Below are positions 29,317 through 39,301 of a DNA stretch of 64,000 nucleotides, one piece after another (positions within the stretch are counted from its first letter, which is position 1; each line of letters opens with the position of its first letter). Made by a program: the position numbers and the translations under genes. Origin of the DNA: an uncultured Holophaga sp. (GTDB lineage: Bacteria > Acidobacteriota > Holophagae > Holophagales > Holophagaceae); the NCBI GenBank assembly GCA_963664825.1, contig OY761614.1, forward strand, positions 2,016,001 to 2,080,000, written 5' to 3'. The notes beneath the pieces are model-generated. The model worked only from the letters and a program-made list of their open reading frames with translations, had not been told where the DNA came from and made no database searches.

Positions 29317-29879
29317 CGTTTCACCCCTTTGCCTGCCGTGCGCTTGAAGAGGGTCTTCATCCCGCGCCGGTTGCTTATCAGGTGCGGGAAGAGGGCCAGC
29401 TTGCCCTTGAAATACATCTTCGGCGCCAGCATCACGTCCTTCAGGAGATGGAGGCTGCGGGCCTTGTAGTCGGCCACCAGACCCACCTCGAAGAGGCGGC
29501 CCGTGTATTCCACCGAATCCAGGAAGGCCCGGTGGAAGGCCAGGATATCCTTCGAACGGGGATGGGCCAGGCCGCGCTGGAGGGCTTCGGAGCGGATGAA
29601 GTCCATGGCCTTCGGGATCTCCACTTCCTGGGGGCAGCGGGTCGAACAGGTCTCGCAGGCCATGCAGAGCCAAATGCCCTCGCAGCGGAGCACCTTCTCC
29701 TCCAGCTCTGGGAATCCCAGTTGCAACAGGCGGAATACCTGGCAGGGAGGCAGGTCCATTTCGTCGGCGACGGGGCATCCCGCGGCGCATTTGCCGCATT
29801 GGTAGCAGTGGGACAGCTTCACGCCGGTAGCCGCCTCCAGGCGCCCAGCCAGGGTATCCAGGGTCGTTCCGCTGCTCAT
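29313..29879 (-). CDS. hdrC: Heterodisulfide reductase subunit C
   Basis: CYQCGKCAAGCP and WLCMACETCSTRCP. Confidence 0.93.
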   Translation of the reverse strand: MSSGTTLDTLAGRLEAATGVKLSHCYQCGKCAAGCPVADEMDLPPCQVFRLLQLGFPELEEKVLRCEGIWLCMACETCSTRCPQEVEIPKAMDFIRSEALQRGLAHPRSKDILAFHRAFLDSVEYTGRLFEVGLVADYKARSLHLLKDVMLAPKMYFKGKLALFPHLISNRRGMKTLFKRTAGKGVKR

Positions 29880-30202
29880 GTGCTTCCCCCGTTCGTTTGA
29901 ACTTCGGCATGCTTTTGGGGTCGAAGGTCCGGATGGGCGCTGAGGATTTTTCGCGTCCTCACCCCTTGGATGGAATGGGGAGGACGGATGCGCCAAAAGA
30001 TCATTAGAGAATGAAGTGGTTGTGATTGCCATCAACCGGCAGTTGGCAAACCCAACAGAGGCGTGGTTTGTGTGGGTTAAATCCAGGAGCCTGTCGAGGG
30101 GGGATCGGCTCACCTTACTCTGGAGCCGGAGGTTTGTATGCCCCGGGTCAGTCCCCTTGTGCCCTTTGTCACCCGGTGGGTGACGGCCATCTATCGATAG
30201 CC

Positions 30203-31153
30203 ATGCTCAACCCATTCTGGAAGAAATCCACAGGCAGCCGCAAGATCCTTCTCCTGTTCGGAGGCGGGCTCCTGGCCGTGCTACTTTGGGGGACCATGTC
30301 CGGTTGGCCCCTCTCCCTTCATCTGCTGCGGTTCTACCCCAAGAAATGGGGCTCCACGGCCGTGGGTTGGGCGGCCCGTCGGGAGCTGCCCCGGTTTCTG
30401 CGCGGGAAGATCCTGGGCGGCTTCGCCCGGGCCTACGGCGTGGACCTGGGCGAGGCGGAGAAGCCCCTGGAGGAATACCCGAGCCTCCAGGCCCTCTTCA
30501 CACGCCGCCTGAGGCCCGGTATCCGGCCCCAGGAGCTGGCCCTGCCGGGCTCCGTGAACAGCCCCGTGGATGGGCGCATCGTTTCCTCTGGGTCCATCGA
30601 GAAGGATAGTGTCCTCCAGGCCAAGGGCCTGCCCTACCGGGTCTCGGAGCTGCTGAAGCACATCCCGGAGCCCGGGCGCTTCGAGGGGGGCCACTACCTG
30701 ACCCTGTATCTGGCGCCCCGGGACTACCACCGCATCCACGTGCCCATCGAGGGCTGCGTCGTGGCCGTGGCGCGGGTGGAGGGCGAACTCTGGCCCGTGA
30801 ACGACGCCAGCACGAATCACGTGCCCCGGCTCTACGAGCGCAATCGCCGGGCCACCTGGCTGGCTCAAGGGACGGGCGCCGACGAGGGCCTGGAGGTGGC
30901 CGCTGTCTGCGTGGGCGCCACCCACGTGGGGAGCGTGGTCCTGGACGCACGCTGGCTGGAGGGCCGGAAGCTGCCTAAGGACGGCGGCTTCGAGGTACAC
31001 GGCCTGCCCTGCATGCCGGGGGAGGATCTGGGCACCTTCGAATTCGGCAGCACGGTGGTGCTGCTTGTGGGGGGGCCGAAAACCCGGGATTGGGCGCCTC
31101 TCCGCACCGAGGGCCCCGTGAGGGTGGGCCAGCGGCTAGGGGCGTACAAGTGA
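30203..31153 (+). CDS. psd: Phosphatidylserine decarboxylase proenzyme
   Basis: SPVDG, YLAPRDYHRIH, NRR and FGSTVV cleavage site. Confidence 0.9.
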   Translation: MLNPFWKKSTGSRKILLLFGGGLLAVLLWGTMSGWPLSLHLLRFYPKKWGSTAVGWAARRELPRFLRGKILGGFARAYGVDLGEAEKPLEEYPSLQALFTRRLRPGIRPQELALPGSVNSPVDGRIVSSGSIEKDSVLQAKGLPYRVSELLKHIPEPGRFEGGHYLTLYLAPRDYHRIHVPIEGCVVAVARVEGELWPVNDASTNHVPRLYERNRRATWLAQGTGADEGLEVAAVCVGATHVGSVVLDARWLEGRKLPKDGGFEVHGLPCMPGEDLGTFEFGSTVVLLVGGPKTRDWAPLRTEGPVRVGQRLGAYK

Positions 31154-31818
31154 ACGACGATTCCGAGATCTTCCAGGACGAGCCCCTCTGGGAGGAGGGC
31201 GGCGATCTGCCCGGGGCTCTCGAGGCCCTCTTCGTGGCCACGGGGGAAGTGCTGGACCTGGCCAAGCTGCAGGTATTGACCGGCATCCACGAGGGGCCCC
31301 TCCGCCAGGCCCTGGAGAAGCTCCAGGAACGCCTGGTGGCCCCCCGGGGCCTCCGCCTCATCGAGGTGGGGGGCGGTTGGCGCATGGCCACGGCGCCGGA
31401 ATACGCAAGCCTCGTGGCCAAGCTCGTCACGACGCTGCGCAGCGGGCGCCTGACCCCCGCCCAGATCGAGACCCTGGCCATCATCGCCTATCGCCAGCCC
31501 GTGACGATCCCCGAGATCAACGAACTGCGGGGCGTCACCAGCGGCGCCAACCAGGTGAAGAGCCTGCTGGAGCGGGAGATGGTCGTGCCCGCCGGGCGCA
31601 AGCCCGTGGTGGGCCGTCCCATGACCTACGTCACCACCCAGAAGTTCCTCCTGCACTTCGGCCTCAAGAGCCTGCAGGATCTCCCTCGGCTCGCCGATTT
31701 CGGCGAAGGGAACCTGGAGGCCCTGGCCCTGGCCCAGCTCGAACCGCCCCTCCCTCCGGGGAACCTCTTCGAGGGATTGGACGAAGACTCCCTAAACGAA
31801 GATCCGGATGGTGCGTGA
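31150..31818 (+). CDS. scpB: SMC-Scp complex subunit ScpB
   Basis: ETLAIIAYRQPVT..RGV, GRP..Y.TT..FL.HFGL.SL.DLP. Confidence 0.93.
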   Translation: MNDDSEIFQDEPLWEEGGDLPGALEALFVATGEVLDLAKLQVLTGIHEGPLRQALEKLQERLVAPRGLRLIEVGGGWRMATAPEYASLVAKLVTTLRSGRLTPAQIETLAIIAYRQPVTIPEINELRGVTSGANQVKSLLEREMVVPAGRKPVVGRPMTYVTTQKFLLHFGLKSLQDLPRLADFGEGNLEALALAQLEPPLPPGNLFEGLDEDSLNEDPDGA

Positions 31819-31874
31819 ACAGCCGTGAGAATCCCCTCACTCACGCTTGTGCTGTCTCCTTTGAAAGGAGTTCC

Positions 31875-33809
31875 ATGGCCAAACATCTTCCCCCCCGCGG
31901 GGCCCTCTGTGGCGCCTGCCTTTTCGCCCTGGCCGCTTCCCTTCCGCTGATGGCGGGGAGTCCGGTGGTTCAGCCCAAACGCTACGAGGTCCGCGATTTC
32001 TTCGGAAATCCCGAGCGCTCTGGATACCAGGTCTCCCCCGACGGGAAGACCCTCAGTTTCATGGCGCCCTTCGAACGGCGGCGCAACCTGAATATCGTTG
32101 CCTTGCCCGCGGATGGCAGCGCGCCGGATTTCGCCAAGGCCAAGCGCCTCACGAGCGAGACCGCTCGGGATATCGCGGGCTACTTCTGGAAGGGGGATGG
32201 CCACATCCTCTACGTGAAGGATTTCGGCGGCGACGAGAACTTCCACGTGGTGTCCGTGGATGTGAAGCGTGGCGATATCAAGGATCTCACGCCCCTGCCC
32301 AAGATCCAGGCCTCCATCGTGGACGATCTGCGGGACGATCCCCGGCACGTCCTCGTCCAGCACAACCAGCGCAACCCCCAGGTCTTCGATGTCTATCGGA
32401 TCGATGTGAGCACGGGCGAGGCCACGCGCGTGGCCGAGAATCCGGGCAATATCACCGGCTGGATCACGGACCACAAGGGGGCCGTGCGCGCAGCCACCAC
32501 GACAGATGGCGTGAACAGCAGCCTGCTCTATCGGCCCACCGAGAAGGACGCCTTCAAAACCGTGCTCACGACGGATTTCCGCACCAGCGTCGGGCCGATG
32601 TTCTTCACCTTCGATAACCAGAAGCTCTACGCCATGTCCAATCGGGGCCGGGACAAGTCGGCCCTGGTGATCCTGGATCCGGCCACCGGCCAGGAGGCCA
32701 AGCCCCTCTTCGAACATGCCGAGGTCGACCTGAACGGCGCGGACTATTCCCGGAAGCGGAAGGTGCTCACCACGGCCGGTTTCGAGACCTGGAAGACCCA
32801 GCGCCACTATTTCGACGAGGCCACCCGCGCCCTCTATTCGAAGCTGGAGCAGAAGCTGCCCGGATTCGACGTGGCCATCATCAGCGAGAACCTGGCCGAG
32901 GACACCTTCGTCGTGGCCACCTACAGCGATCGCACCCCCGGCGCGCGCTACCTCTACCACGCCAAGACCGACAAGCTGGCCAAGCTCGGGGACCACAACC
33001 CCCGCATCCAGGCCTCCGACATGGCCACCATGAAGCCCGTCACTTACACCAGCCGCGATGGGCTGAAGATCAACGGCTATCTCACGCTGCCCGTGGGTCG
33101 CGAGGCCAAGAACCTGCCGGTCATCGTCAATCCCCACGGGGGGCCCTGGGCCCGGGATTCCTGGGGTTTCAACCCGGAGATCCAGTTCCTGGCCAACCGC
33201 GGCTTTGCGGTGTTCCAGATGAACTTCCGCGGCTCCACCGGCTATGGCCGTGCATTCTGGGAGAAGAGCTTCAAGCAGTGGGGCCGCGCCATGCAGGACG
33301 ACATCACGGATGGCGTGAACTGGCTGGTGAAGGAGGGCATCGCCGATCCCAAGCGCGTGGGCATCTACGGCGGCAGCTACGGCGGCTACGCCACCCTGGC
33401 CGGTGTCACCTACACGCCGGATCTCTATGCCGCGGCCGTGGATTACGTGGGTGTGGCCAATCTCTTCACCTTCATGAAGACCATCCCCCCCTACTGGGCG
33501 CCCTTCCTGAAAATGATGCAGGAGATGGTGGGTGACCCCGTGAAGGACAAGGATCTCCTCACGGCCAGTTCCCCGGTCTTCCACGTGGACCGGATCAAGA
33601 CGCCCCTCTTCGTGGCCCAGGGCGCCAATGATCCCCGGGTGAACAAGAACGAATCCGATCAGATGGTCGAGGCCCTGAAAAAGCGCGGCATCGAGGTCCA
33701 ATACATGCTCAAGGACAACGAGGGCCACGGCTTCCATAACGAAGAGAACCGCTACGATTTCTACGGCGCCATGGAGGGATTCTTCACCCAGCACCTGATG
33801 GCGAAGTAA
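31875..33809 (+). CDS. S9 family secreted peptidase (dipeptidyl aminopeptidase/acylaminoacyl peptidase)
   Basis: Signal peptide, HGGPW, GGSYGGY, NDPRV and EGHGF. Confidence 0.92.
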   Translation: MAKHLPPRGALCGACLFALAASLPLMAGSPVVQPKRYEVRDFFGNPERSGYQVSPDGKTLSFMAPFERRRNLNIVALPADGSAPDFAKAKRLTSETARDIAGYFWKGDGHILYVKDFGGDENFHVVSVDVKRGDIKDLTPLPKIQASIVDDLRDDPRHVLVQHNQRNPQVFDVYRIDVSTGEATRVAENPGNITGWITDHKGAVRAATTTDGVNSSLLYRPTEKDAFKTVLTTDFRTSVGPMFFTFDNQKLYAMSNRGRDKSALVILDPATGQEAKPLFEHAEVDLNGADYSRKRKVLTTAGFETWKTQRHYFDEATRALYSKLEQKLPGFDVAIISENLAEDTFVVATYSDRTPGARYLYHAKTDKLAKLGDHNPRIQASDMATMKPVTYTSRDGLKINGYLTLPVGREAKNLPVIVNPHGGPWARDSWGFNPEIQFLANRGFAVFQMNFRGSTGYGRAFWEKSFKQWGRAMQDDITDGVNWLVKEGIADPKRVGIYGGSYGGYATLAGVTYTPDLYAAAVDYVGVANLFTFMKTIPPYWAPFLKMMQEMVGDPVKDKDLLTASSPVFHVDRIKTPLFVAQGANDPRVNKNESDQMVEALKKRGIEVQYMLKDNEGHGFHNEENRYDFYGAMEGFFTQHLMAK

Positions 33810-33827
33810 AGGGATGCTTCCGTTCTA

Positions 33828-33855
33828 AGACCAGGCGCCCGCGGGCGCCTGGTCT
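33828..33855. terminator. Hairpin between convergent genes
   Basis: agaccaggcgccc-gc-gggcgcctggtct. Confidence 0.7.
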
Positions 33856-34943
33856 CATTTCACCGGCACCTTCCCCTGGGCCGCTCGCGCGTATGGGGCG
33901 GGCCAGGGGACCTCGGCGCCCAATTCTTGTGCGGCGCGCAGGGGCCAGCGGGGATCCCGCAGGAGTGCGCGACCCAGGAATACCAGATCGGCCTGGCCTC
34001 CTGCCAGGATCTGCTCGGCCTGGGCCGTCTCTGTGATGAGGCCCACGGCGCCCGTAGGGATGCCCGAACCCGCGCGGATGGCCCGGGCGAAGGGCGCCTG
34101 GTAGCCCGGTCCCAGGGGGATCGTCGCTCGGGGGAGCTGTCCGCCGCTGGAGACATCCACAAGATCGACGCCCAGTTGGCGCAAGTCCTTGCAGAGTTCC
34201 ACGGATTCCTCCAGTTCCCAGCCCCCCGCAGGGGCCCAGTCCGTGGCCGAAATGCGTACGAAGAGGGGCAATGCCTCGGGCCAGACCTTCCGCACCGATT
34301 CCGCGACCTCCCGCAGCAGGCGACTGCGGCTCTCGAAGGAGCCGCCGTAGCGGTCACTGCGCTCATTGGTGAGGGGCGAGAGGAACTGGTGCAGCAGATA
34401 GCCGTGGGCGGCGTGCAGCTCCACCACCTGGAAACCCGCTGCCAGGGCGCGCTGGGCGGCCTCGGTGAAGGCGTGGATGATCTCCGCGATTCCGGTTTCT
34501 GTAAGTGCCATGGGTGTGGCCCAGTCCCCGTCGAAGGGTAGGGCGCTGGGGGCCACGGGAATCCAGCCCCCTTCCGAGAGGGGAATCGTCCTGGAGGGGC
34601 CCCGCCAAGGGGCCGGCGTGCAGGCCTTGCGCCCCGCGTGGGCCAGCTGGATGCCGGGCACGGCCCCCTGGGAGGCGATGAAGCGGGTGACGCGCTGGAG
34701 AGGTTCGATCTGGGCATCTTCCCAGAGGCCCAGATCCTGGGGGCTGATGCGGCCCTCGGGGGAAATGGCGACGGCTTCAGTGATGACCAGCCCGGCGCCC
34801 CCCTGGGCGAGGCCGCCGTAGTGCACCAGGTGCCAATCCGTGGCCCGGCCCTCAAGGGCTGAGTACTGGCACATGGGCGAGACGGCGATGCGGTTGGGGA
34901 AGGTGCTGCCCCGCAGCTTGAGGGGTTCGAAGAGGCTTGTCAT
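33855..34943 (-). CDS. NADH:flavin oxidoreductase (Old Yellow Enzyme, YqjM/NamA type)
   Basis: SPMCQYS, QLAHAGRKA, HAAHGYLLHQFLSP and RISATDW. Confidence 0.92.
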   Translation of the reverse strand: MTSLFEPLKLRGSTFPNRIAVSPMCQYSALEGRATDWHLVHYGGLAQGGAGLVITEAVAISPEGRISPQDLGLWEDAQIEPLQRVTRFIASQGAVPGIQLAHAGRKACTPAPWRGPSRTIPLSEGGWIPVAPSALPFDGDWATPMALTETGIAEIIHAFTEAAQRALAAGFQVVELHAAHGYLLHQFLSPLTNERSDRYGGSFESRSRLLREVAESVRKVWPEALPLFVRISATDWAPAGGWELEESVELCKDLRQLGVDLVDVSSGGQLPRATIPLGPGYQAPFARAIRAGSGIPTGAVGLITETAQAEQILAGGQADLVFLGRALLRDPRWPLRAAQELGAEVPWPAPYARAAQGKVPVK

Positions 34944-34950
34944 GGTCGGC

Positions 34951-35628
34951 TTACTTCAGCTTGGCCAGGAGGGCCTGGGCGGCGGGCTCCGAAGAAGCAG
35001 GGTTCTGGCCCGTGATCAGGAAGCCATCGGTGAGCACATAGGGCGCCCAGTCGGGGCCCTTGGAATATGATCCGCCCTTGCGTTTGAGTTCATCCTCCAC
35101 CAGGAAGGGCACGATGGCCGTGAGCTGCACGGCTTCTTCTTCGGTATTGGAAAAGCCCGTGACGGCGCGGCCCTGGACGAGGGCTGTGCCATCGACCCGC
35201 TTGGCGTGGCGCAGGACGCCCGGGGCGTGGCATACGGCGGCCAGGGGTTTGCCCGCGGCCAGCGTGGCCTCGATGAGCCGGATGGAATCGGCGTCCTCGG
35301 CCAGATCCCACAGGGGGCCGTGACCCCCGGGGTAGAACACGGCGTCGAAATCCGCCGCAGAAACGCTCGATAGCTGGACCGTGGCGGCCAGCATGGCCTG
35401 GGCGGCGGCATCGGCCTTGAATCGATGGGTGGATGGGGTCTGGGAGGCCGGGTCATCGCTCTTGGGATCCAGGGGCGGCTGGCCCCCCAGGGGTGAAGCC
35501 AGGGTGATCTCGGCCCCCGCGTCCTGGAAGACATAGAAGGGGGCGGCAAATTCCTCCAGCCAGAAGCCGGTCTTGTGGCCTGTATGGCCGAGGCGGTCGT
35601 GGGAGGTGAGGACCATCAGGATCTTCAT
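34951..35628 (-). CDS. DJ-1/PfpI family (glyoxalase III-like) protein
   Basis: TGFWLEE, PGGHGPLWDL, AVCH and TGQNPAS. Confidence 0.9.
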   Translation of the reverse strand: MKILMVLTSHDRLGHTGHKTGFWLEEFAAPFYVFQDAGAEITLASPLGGQPPLDPKSDDPASQTPSTHRFKADAAAQAMLAATVQLSSVSAADFDAVFYPGGHGPLWDLAEDADSIRLIEATLAAGKPLAAVCHAPGVLRHAKRVDGTALVQGRAVTGFSNTEEEAVQLTAIVPFLVEDELKRKGGSYSKGPDWAPYVLTDGFLITGQNPASSEPAAQALLAKLK

Positions 35629-35658
35629 ATGTGCTCCGGGTTTCTCAGTGCGGATCAA

Positions 35659-36807
35659 TTACAGGGCTCGTTCCAGGATTCGGCGGGACACGTCGAGGGT
35701 GATTTCGCGCTTCTCGCCCAGGGCCGTCATGCCGTGGGCCTTCAGGGCCGCCACGATCTCGGCAATGGCATCCTTGCCGAGGCCGTACTGGCTGAGGTGC
35801 GTCTTCACCCCCAGGCTCTCGAAGAAGGAGCGTGTGCAGGCGATGGCCTGGGTCGCGGCGTCAGCCCCCCGCAGATCCCATACGCGCTCCGCGTACTGCG
35901 TGAGCTTAGCGCCCTTGGACTCCAGGCGCTCGGTGAGCAGGGCCGGGAGGATGATGGCCAGGCTCTGGGCGTGGTCCAGGCCGAACTTCGCCGTGATTTC
36001 GTGGCCAATCATGTGGGTGGCCCAATCCTGGGGGACGCCTGCGCCGATGAGGCCGTTCAGGGCCAGGGTCGCGCTCCACACGAAGGCCGACCGCGCCTCG
36101 TAGTTTTCTGTTTCCTGAAGCGTCACCGGGCCCACTTCGATGAGGGTGCGCAGCAGGCCCTCGGAGAAGCGGTCCTGCATGGGGGCGTCCGCCGGATAGG
36201 TGAGGTACTGCTCCATGACGTGCACGAAGGCGTCCACGACGCCATTGGCGATCTGGCGGGGGGGCAACGAATAGGTCTTGGTGGGATCCAGGATGGAAAA
36301 GCGGGGAAAGAGCAGGGGGCTGCCGAAGGCCAGCTTGGCGCCGATGGATTTGCGCGTGATGACCGCGCCGCTATTCATCTCGGAACCCGTGGCGGGGAGC
36401 GTGAGCACGGTGCCGAAGGGCAGGGGGGCCTTCACGGGGGCCTTGTGGAGCACGAGATCCCAGGGATCCTCTCCGGGATAGGGAATGGCGGCGGCGATGA
36501 ACTTGGTGCCATCGATGACCGAACCGCCCCCCACGGCCAGGAGGAATTCTGTCTTGGTCTCCCGGGCCAGTTTTACGGCGCCCATCAGGGTCTCGAAGCA
36601 GGGGTTGGGCTCGATGCCGCCGAATTCCGTGACCACGGCGTGGGCAAGGGCTGCGCGCACCTCCGCGAGCGTGCCGTTTTTGATGACGCTCCCGCCGCCG
36701 TAGGTGATGAGCACCCGCTGGCCCGCGGGGATCTCCGCAGCCAGGTCCTGGATGCGGTCCTTGCCGAAGAGAATTTTCGTGGGGTTCTGGAAGGTGAAGT
36801 TCTGCAT
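35659..36807 (-). CDS. yqhD: NADPH-dependent iron-containing alcohol/aldehyde reductase
   Basis: NPTKILFG, YGGGS, GGGSVIDGTK and DWATHMIGHE. Confidence 0.88.
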   Translation of the reverse strand: MQNFTFQNPTKILFGKDRIQDLAAEIPAGQRVLITYGGGSVIKNGTLAEVRAALAHAVVTEFGGIEPNPCFETLMGAVKLARETKTEFLLAVGGGSVIDGTKFIAAAIPYPGEDPWDLVLHKAPVKAPLPFGTVLTLPATGSEMNSGAVITRKSIGAKLAFGSPLLFPRFSILDPTKTYSLPPRQIANGVVDAFVHVMEQYLTYPADAPMQDRFSEGLLRTLIEVGPVTLQETENYEARSAFVWSATLALNGLIGAGVPQDWATHMIGHEITAKFGLDHAQSLAIILPALLTERLESKGAKLTQYAERVWDLRGADAATQAIACTRSFFESLGVKTHLSQYGLGKDAIAEIVAALKAHGMTALGEKREITLDVSRRILERAL

Positions 36808-36866
36808 TTCAGCCTCTGGGAAAGTTGTAATAGGTGATGTGAGCGGGGGACTGTCGGGAGGGGAAA

Positions 36867-37472
36867 TCAGATGGGTCGAGTATCTGGGCAACCCAGCCAG
36901 GTGCGGGTGGCTGTCAGGGCCGTCTCGAAGGGCGAGGCATCCCGCCGGACCTTGGCCAGCAGGCTGGCGCCCAGCCAGAGCTGGTAGATGCCCTGGGCGG
37001 TGGCCATGGAATCCAGGCCCGGGGGCAGGGAACCGTCCCTGACCCCTTCGGCTATGCAGGCCGCCAGCCGCACCAGCACGGCATCCGTGCCCCTGCGAAG
37101 GGCTCCCCGCATGGCTTCCGAGAGATCCGAGACTTCGGCGCTGAGCTTGACCACGAGGCATTGCCGGGCCTCGGGTTCCTGGCTCTGAACCTCCATCCAG
37201 CGCTGCCAGTAGTGCATCAGGCGCTCCCGGGCGGGAAGGGCCTTGGGTTTGAGGAGGGCGTCCAGGCGCTCCAGGTAGTCGGCGAAATAGCCCTCCAAGA
37301 GCGCCTCTCCGAACTGTTCCTTGGATTCGAAGTAGTAATAGAAACTTCCCTTGGGGACTCTCGCGGCCGCAAGGATTTCGGCGAGGCCCACGGCGGAAAA
37401 GCCCTTTCCCGAAATGATCGATTCCCCCGTTTCGAGGATGCGTTGGCGGATTTCGGAGTGCTCCTGTCTCAT
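36867..37472 (-). CDS. TetR family regulator, NemR-like
   Basis: GLAEIL..VPKGSFYYYF.SKE and CLVVKLSAEVSDLSE. Confidence 0.88.
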   Translation of the reverse strand: MRQEHSEIRQRILETGESIISGKGFSAVGLAEILAAARVPKGSFYYYFESKEQFGEALLEGYFADYLERLDALLKPKALPARERLMHYWQRWMEVQSQEPEARQCLVVKLSAEVSDLSEAMRGALRRGTDAVLVRLAACIAEGVRDGSLPPGLDSMATAQGIYQLWLGASLLAKVRRDASPFETALTATRTWLGCPDTRPI

Positions 37473-37491
37473 GCCCCTAGGATGCCACAAG

Positions 37492-37506
37492 TAGACCGGT
37501 CGTCTA
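37492..37506. promoter_or_regulatory. NemR-type operator
   Basis: Palindrome TAGAC-cggtc-GTCTA about 20 bp upstream of the regulator start. Confidence 0.7.
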
Positions 37507-37599
37507 TAACAAACTCGGATTCGGGAATTTCTTCGCCGACCGCAGGCCTCTGCCCTCTTGAAGCAGGAGTCCTGCGGATAATGGGTGAGGAGATCGTTC

Positions 37600-38442
37600 A
37601 TGACCGACACCGCATTCAGGGGCTGGACCCGACCCGGCCCCCGCCCGCCCGGGGGCCCGGAGCCCGAGGAAGGCGAGACCCTGGACTATCTCTGTGGCCA
37701 CTGGAAGCTTTTCCAATACGCCAAGGGGCACCGCTATTCCGTGGACGATGTGCTGGTGGCCTGGTTCGGCAGCCTCTGGTGCCCCACGGCCCGGCGCATC
37801 GCGGACCTGGGATCGGGCATCGGCAGCGTGGGTCTCGCGGTGGCCTGGCGCTGTCCGGGGGCCGTGCTGCACACGGTGGAGGCCCAGGCCATTTCCGCCC
37901 GGTTGGCCCGCAAGAGCGCGGTCTACAACGGTGTCCAGGACAGCTACACCATCCATGAAGGGGATCTCCGGGACCCGGAGCTTTTTCCGGGGGAAGCCCC
38001 CTTCGATCTAGTGCTGGGCTCGCCGCCCTACTGGCCCCTGGGGGCCCGCAGCGAGGCTGAGCATCCCCAGACCATTCCCGCCAGGTTGGAAGTGCGCGGC
38101 ACCATTGCTGACTATGCCGAGGCCGCCACGCCCCTCCTGGCTCCGGGCGGGGTCTTCGTCTGCGTCTTCCCCCTGGATCAGGTGGAGAGGGCCCAGGCCG
38201 CCTATGGAGAGGCCGGAATGGTGCTCCTCCAGCGCCAGGACGTGATCTTCAAGGAGGGGGAGGCCTATGGCATCGCGCTCTTCGCGGGCATGAGGCCCGG
38301 TGAATTGCCCGGGCAATTCATCGAAGAAGCGGGGCTCCCCGTGGTGCCCGAGCCCCTGGTGATCCGCAGCGCCCAAGGGCGCTTCACGCCCCGCTTCGCC
38401 CTGGTGCGCCTGGCCATGGGCTTTCCGCCAGGGCTGGTATAG
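37600..38442 (+). CDS. SAM-dependent methyltransferase, tRNA adenine-N6 (YfiC/TrmN6)-like
   Basis: GHRYSVDD, DLGSGIG and SPPY. Confidence 0.75.
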   Translation: MTDTAFRGWTRPGPRPPGGPEPEEGETLDYLCGHWKLFQYAKGHRYSVDDVLVAWFGSLWCPTARRIADLGSGIGSVGLAVAWRCPGAVLHTVEAQAISARLARKSAVYNGVQDSYTIHEGDLRDPELFPGEAPFDLVLGSPPYWPLGARSEAEHPQTIPARLEVRGTIADYAEAATPLLAPGGVFVCVFPLDQVERAQAAYGEAGMVLLQRQDVIFKEGEAYGIALFAGMRPGELPGQFIEEAGLPVVPEPLVIRSAQGRFTPRFALVRLAMGFPPGLV

Positions 38443-38521
38443 GCCATCCTTGCCTCCCCTATCTGGCCCGAAATTTCCATTCGGTATCTCTCTTCGCCGA
38501 TAATTCCTTCGGGAGCTTTGC

Positions 38522-39301
38522 ATGGATCGAGGAACGCTCATTGGCCTGTTGATGGGTCTGGCCCTTCTGGGGGTGGCCATCGGCTTCGGGCCGAACCCCA
38601 GAATTTTCTTCTACTGGCCCAGTCTCATTGTGGTCTTCGGGGGCATCCTGGCCTCCACCCTGATCCGCTTTCCCCTGGCCCATGTGCGCTCGGGCTTCGC
38701 GGTGGCCTCCCGGGCCTTCTTCACCCATCCGGCCTCCCCCCAGGCGTTGGTGGTGCAGATGGTGGGCCTCAGCCAGCGGGCCAAGCGCGAGGGGCTGAAG
38801 GGCCTGGAGAAGAATCTGCCCGATGATCCTTTCTTGGCCCAGGGCCTTCAGATGGTCATGGACCGGCTGGATCGGGATCACATCCGCGAGGTGCTGACCG
38901 CGGAGATCCACGCCACCCAGGACCGGCACGGCCTAGGCCAGGAGATCTTCCGCTTCATCGCCGGGGCGGCCCCCTCCTTCGGCATGGTGGGCACCCTCAT
39001 TGGCATGGTGCAGCTCTTCGCCAGCATCGGCAAGGACACCGACAAGCTGGCCAGCGCCATGTCCCTGAGCCTGCTCTCGACCCTCTGGGGCGCCATCGTG
39101 GCCTATCTCTTCGCGCTGCCCATCAGCGGCAAACTGGAATTCCGCTCCAAGGAGGAGGCCCAGGCCCGCATGGTGATGCTGGAGGGCATCCTGGGCATCG
39201 CCGAGGAGATGAACCCGACCCAGCTGGAGGAAACCCTCAATGCCTACCTGGCCCCGCGCCTGAAGATCCGCCGCCAGGGCCTGGGAGCCCTCCATGGCTA
39301 A
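38522..39301 (+). CDS. motA: MotA/PomA family stator subunit
   Basis: GTLIG, DPFLAQGLQM, APSFGMVGTLIG and EGILGI..NP. Confidence 0.85.
   Translation: MDRGTLIGLLMGLALLGVAIGFGPNPRIFFYWPSLIVVFGGILASTLIRFPLAHVRSGFAVASRAFFTHPASPQALVVQMVGLSQRAKREGLKGLEKNLPDDPFLAQGLQMVMDRLDRDHIREVLTAEIHATQDRHGLGQEIFRFIAGAAPSFGMVGTLIGMVQLFASIGKDTDKLASAMSLSLLSTLWGAIVAYLFALPISGKLEFRSKEEAQARMVMLEGILGIAEEMNPTQLEETLNAYLAPRLKIRRQGLGALHG

Noticed and set aside
31626..33794. Long antisense ORFs (722 aa here; also 54612-57044, 50838-52958, 24170-25798 and 58072-59520)
   Set aside because: They are shadow frames opposite well-supported genes, expected at high GC3, with no recognisable motifs.
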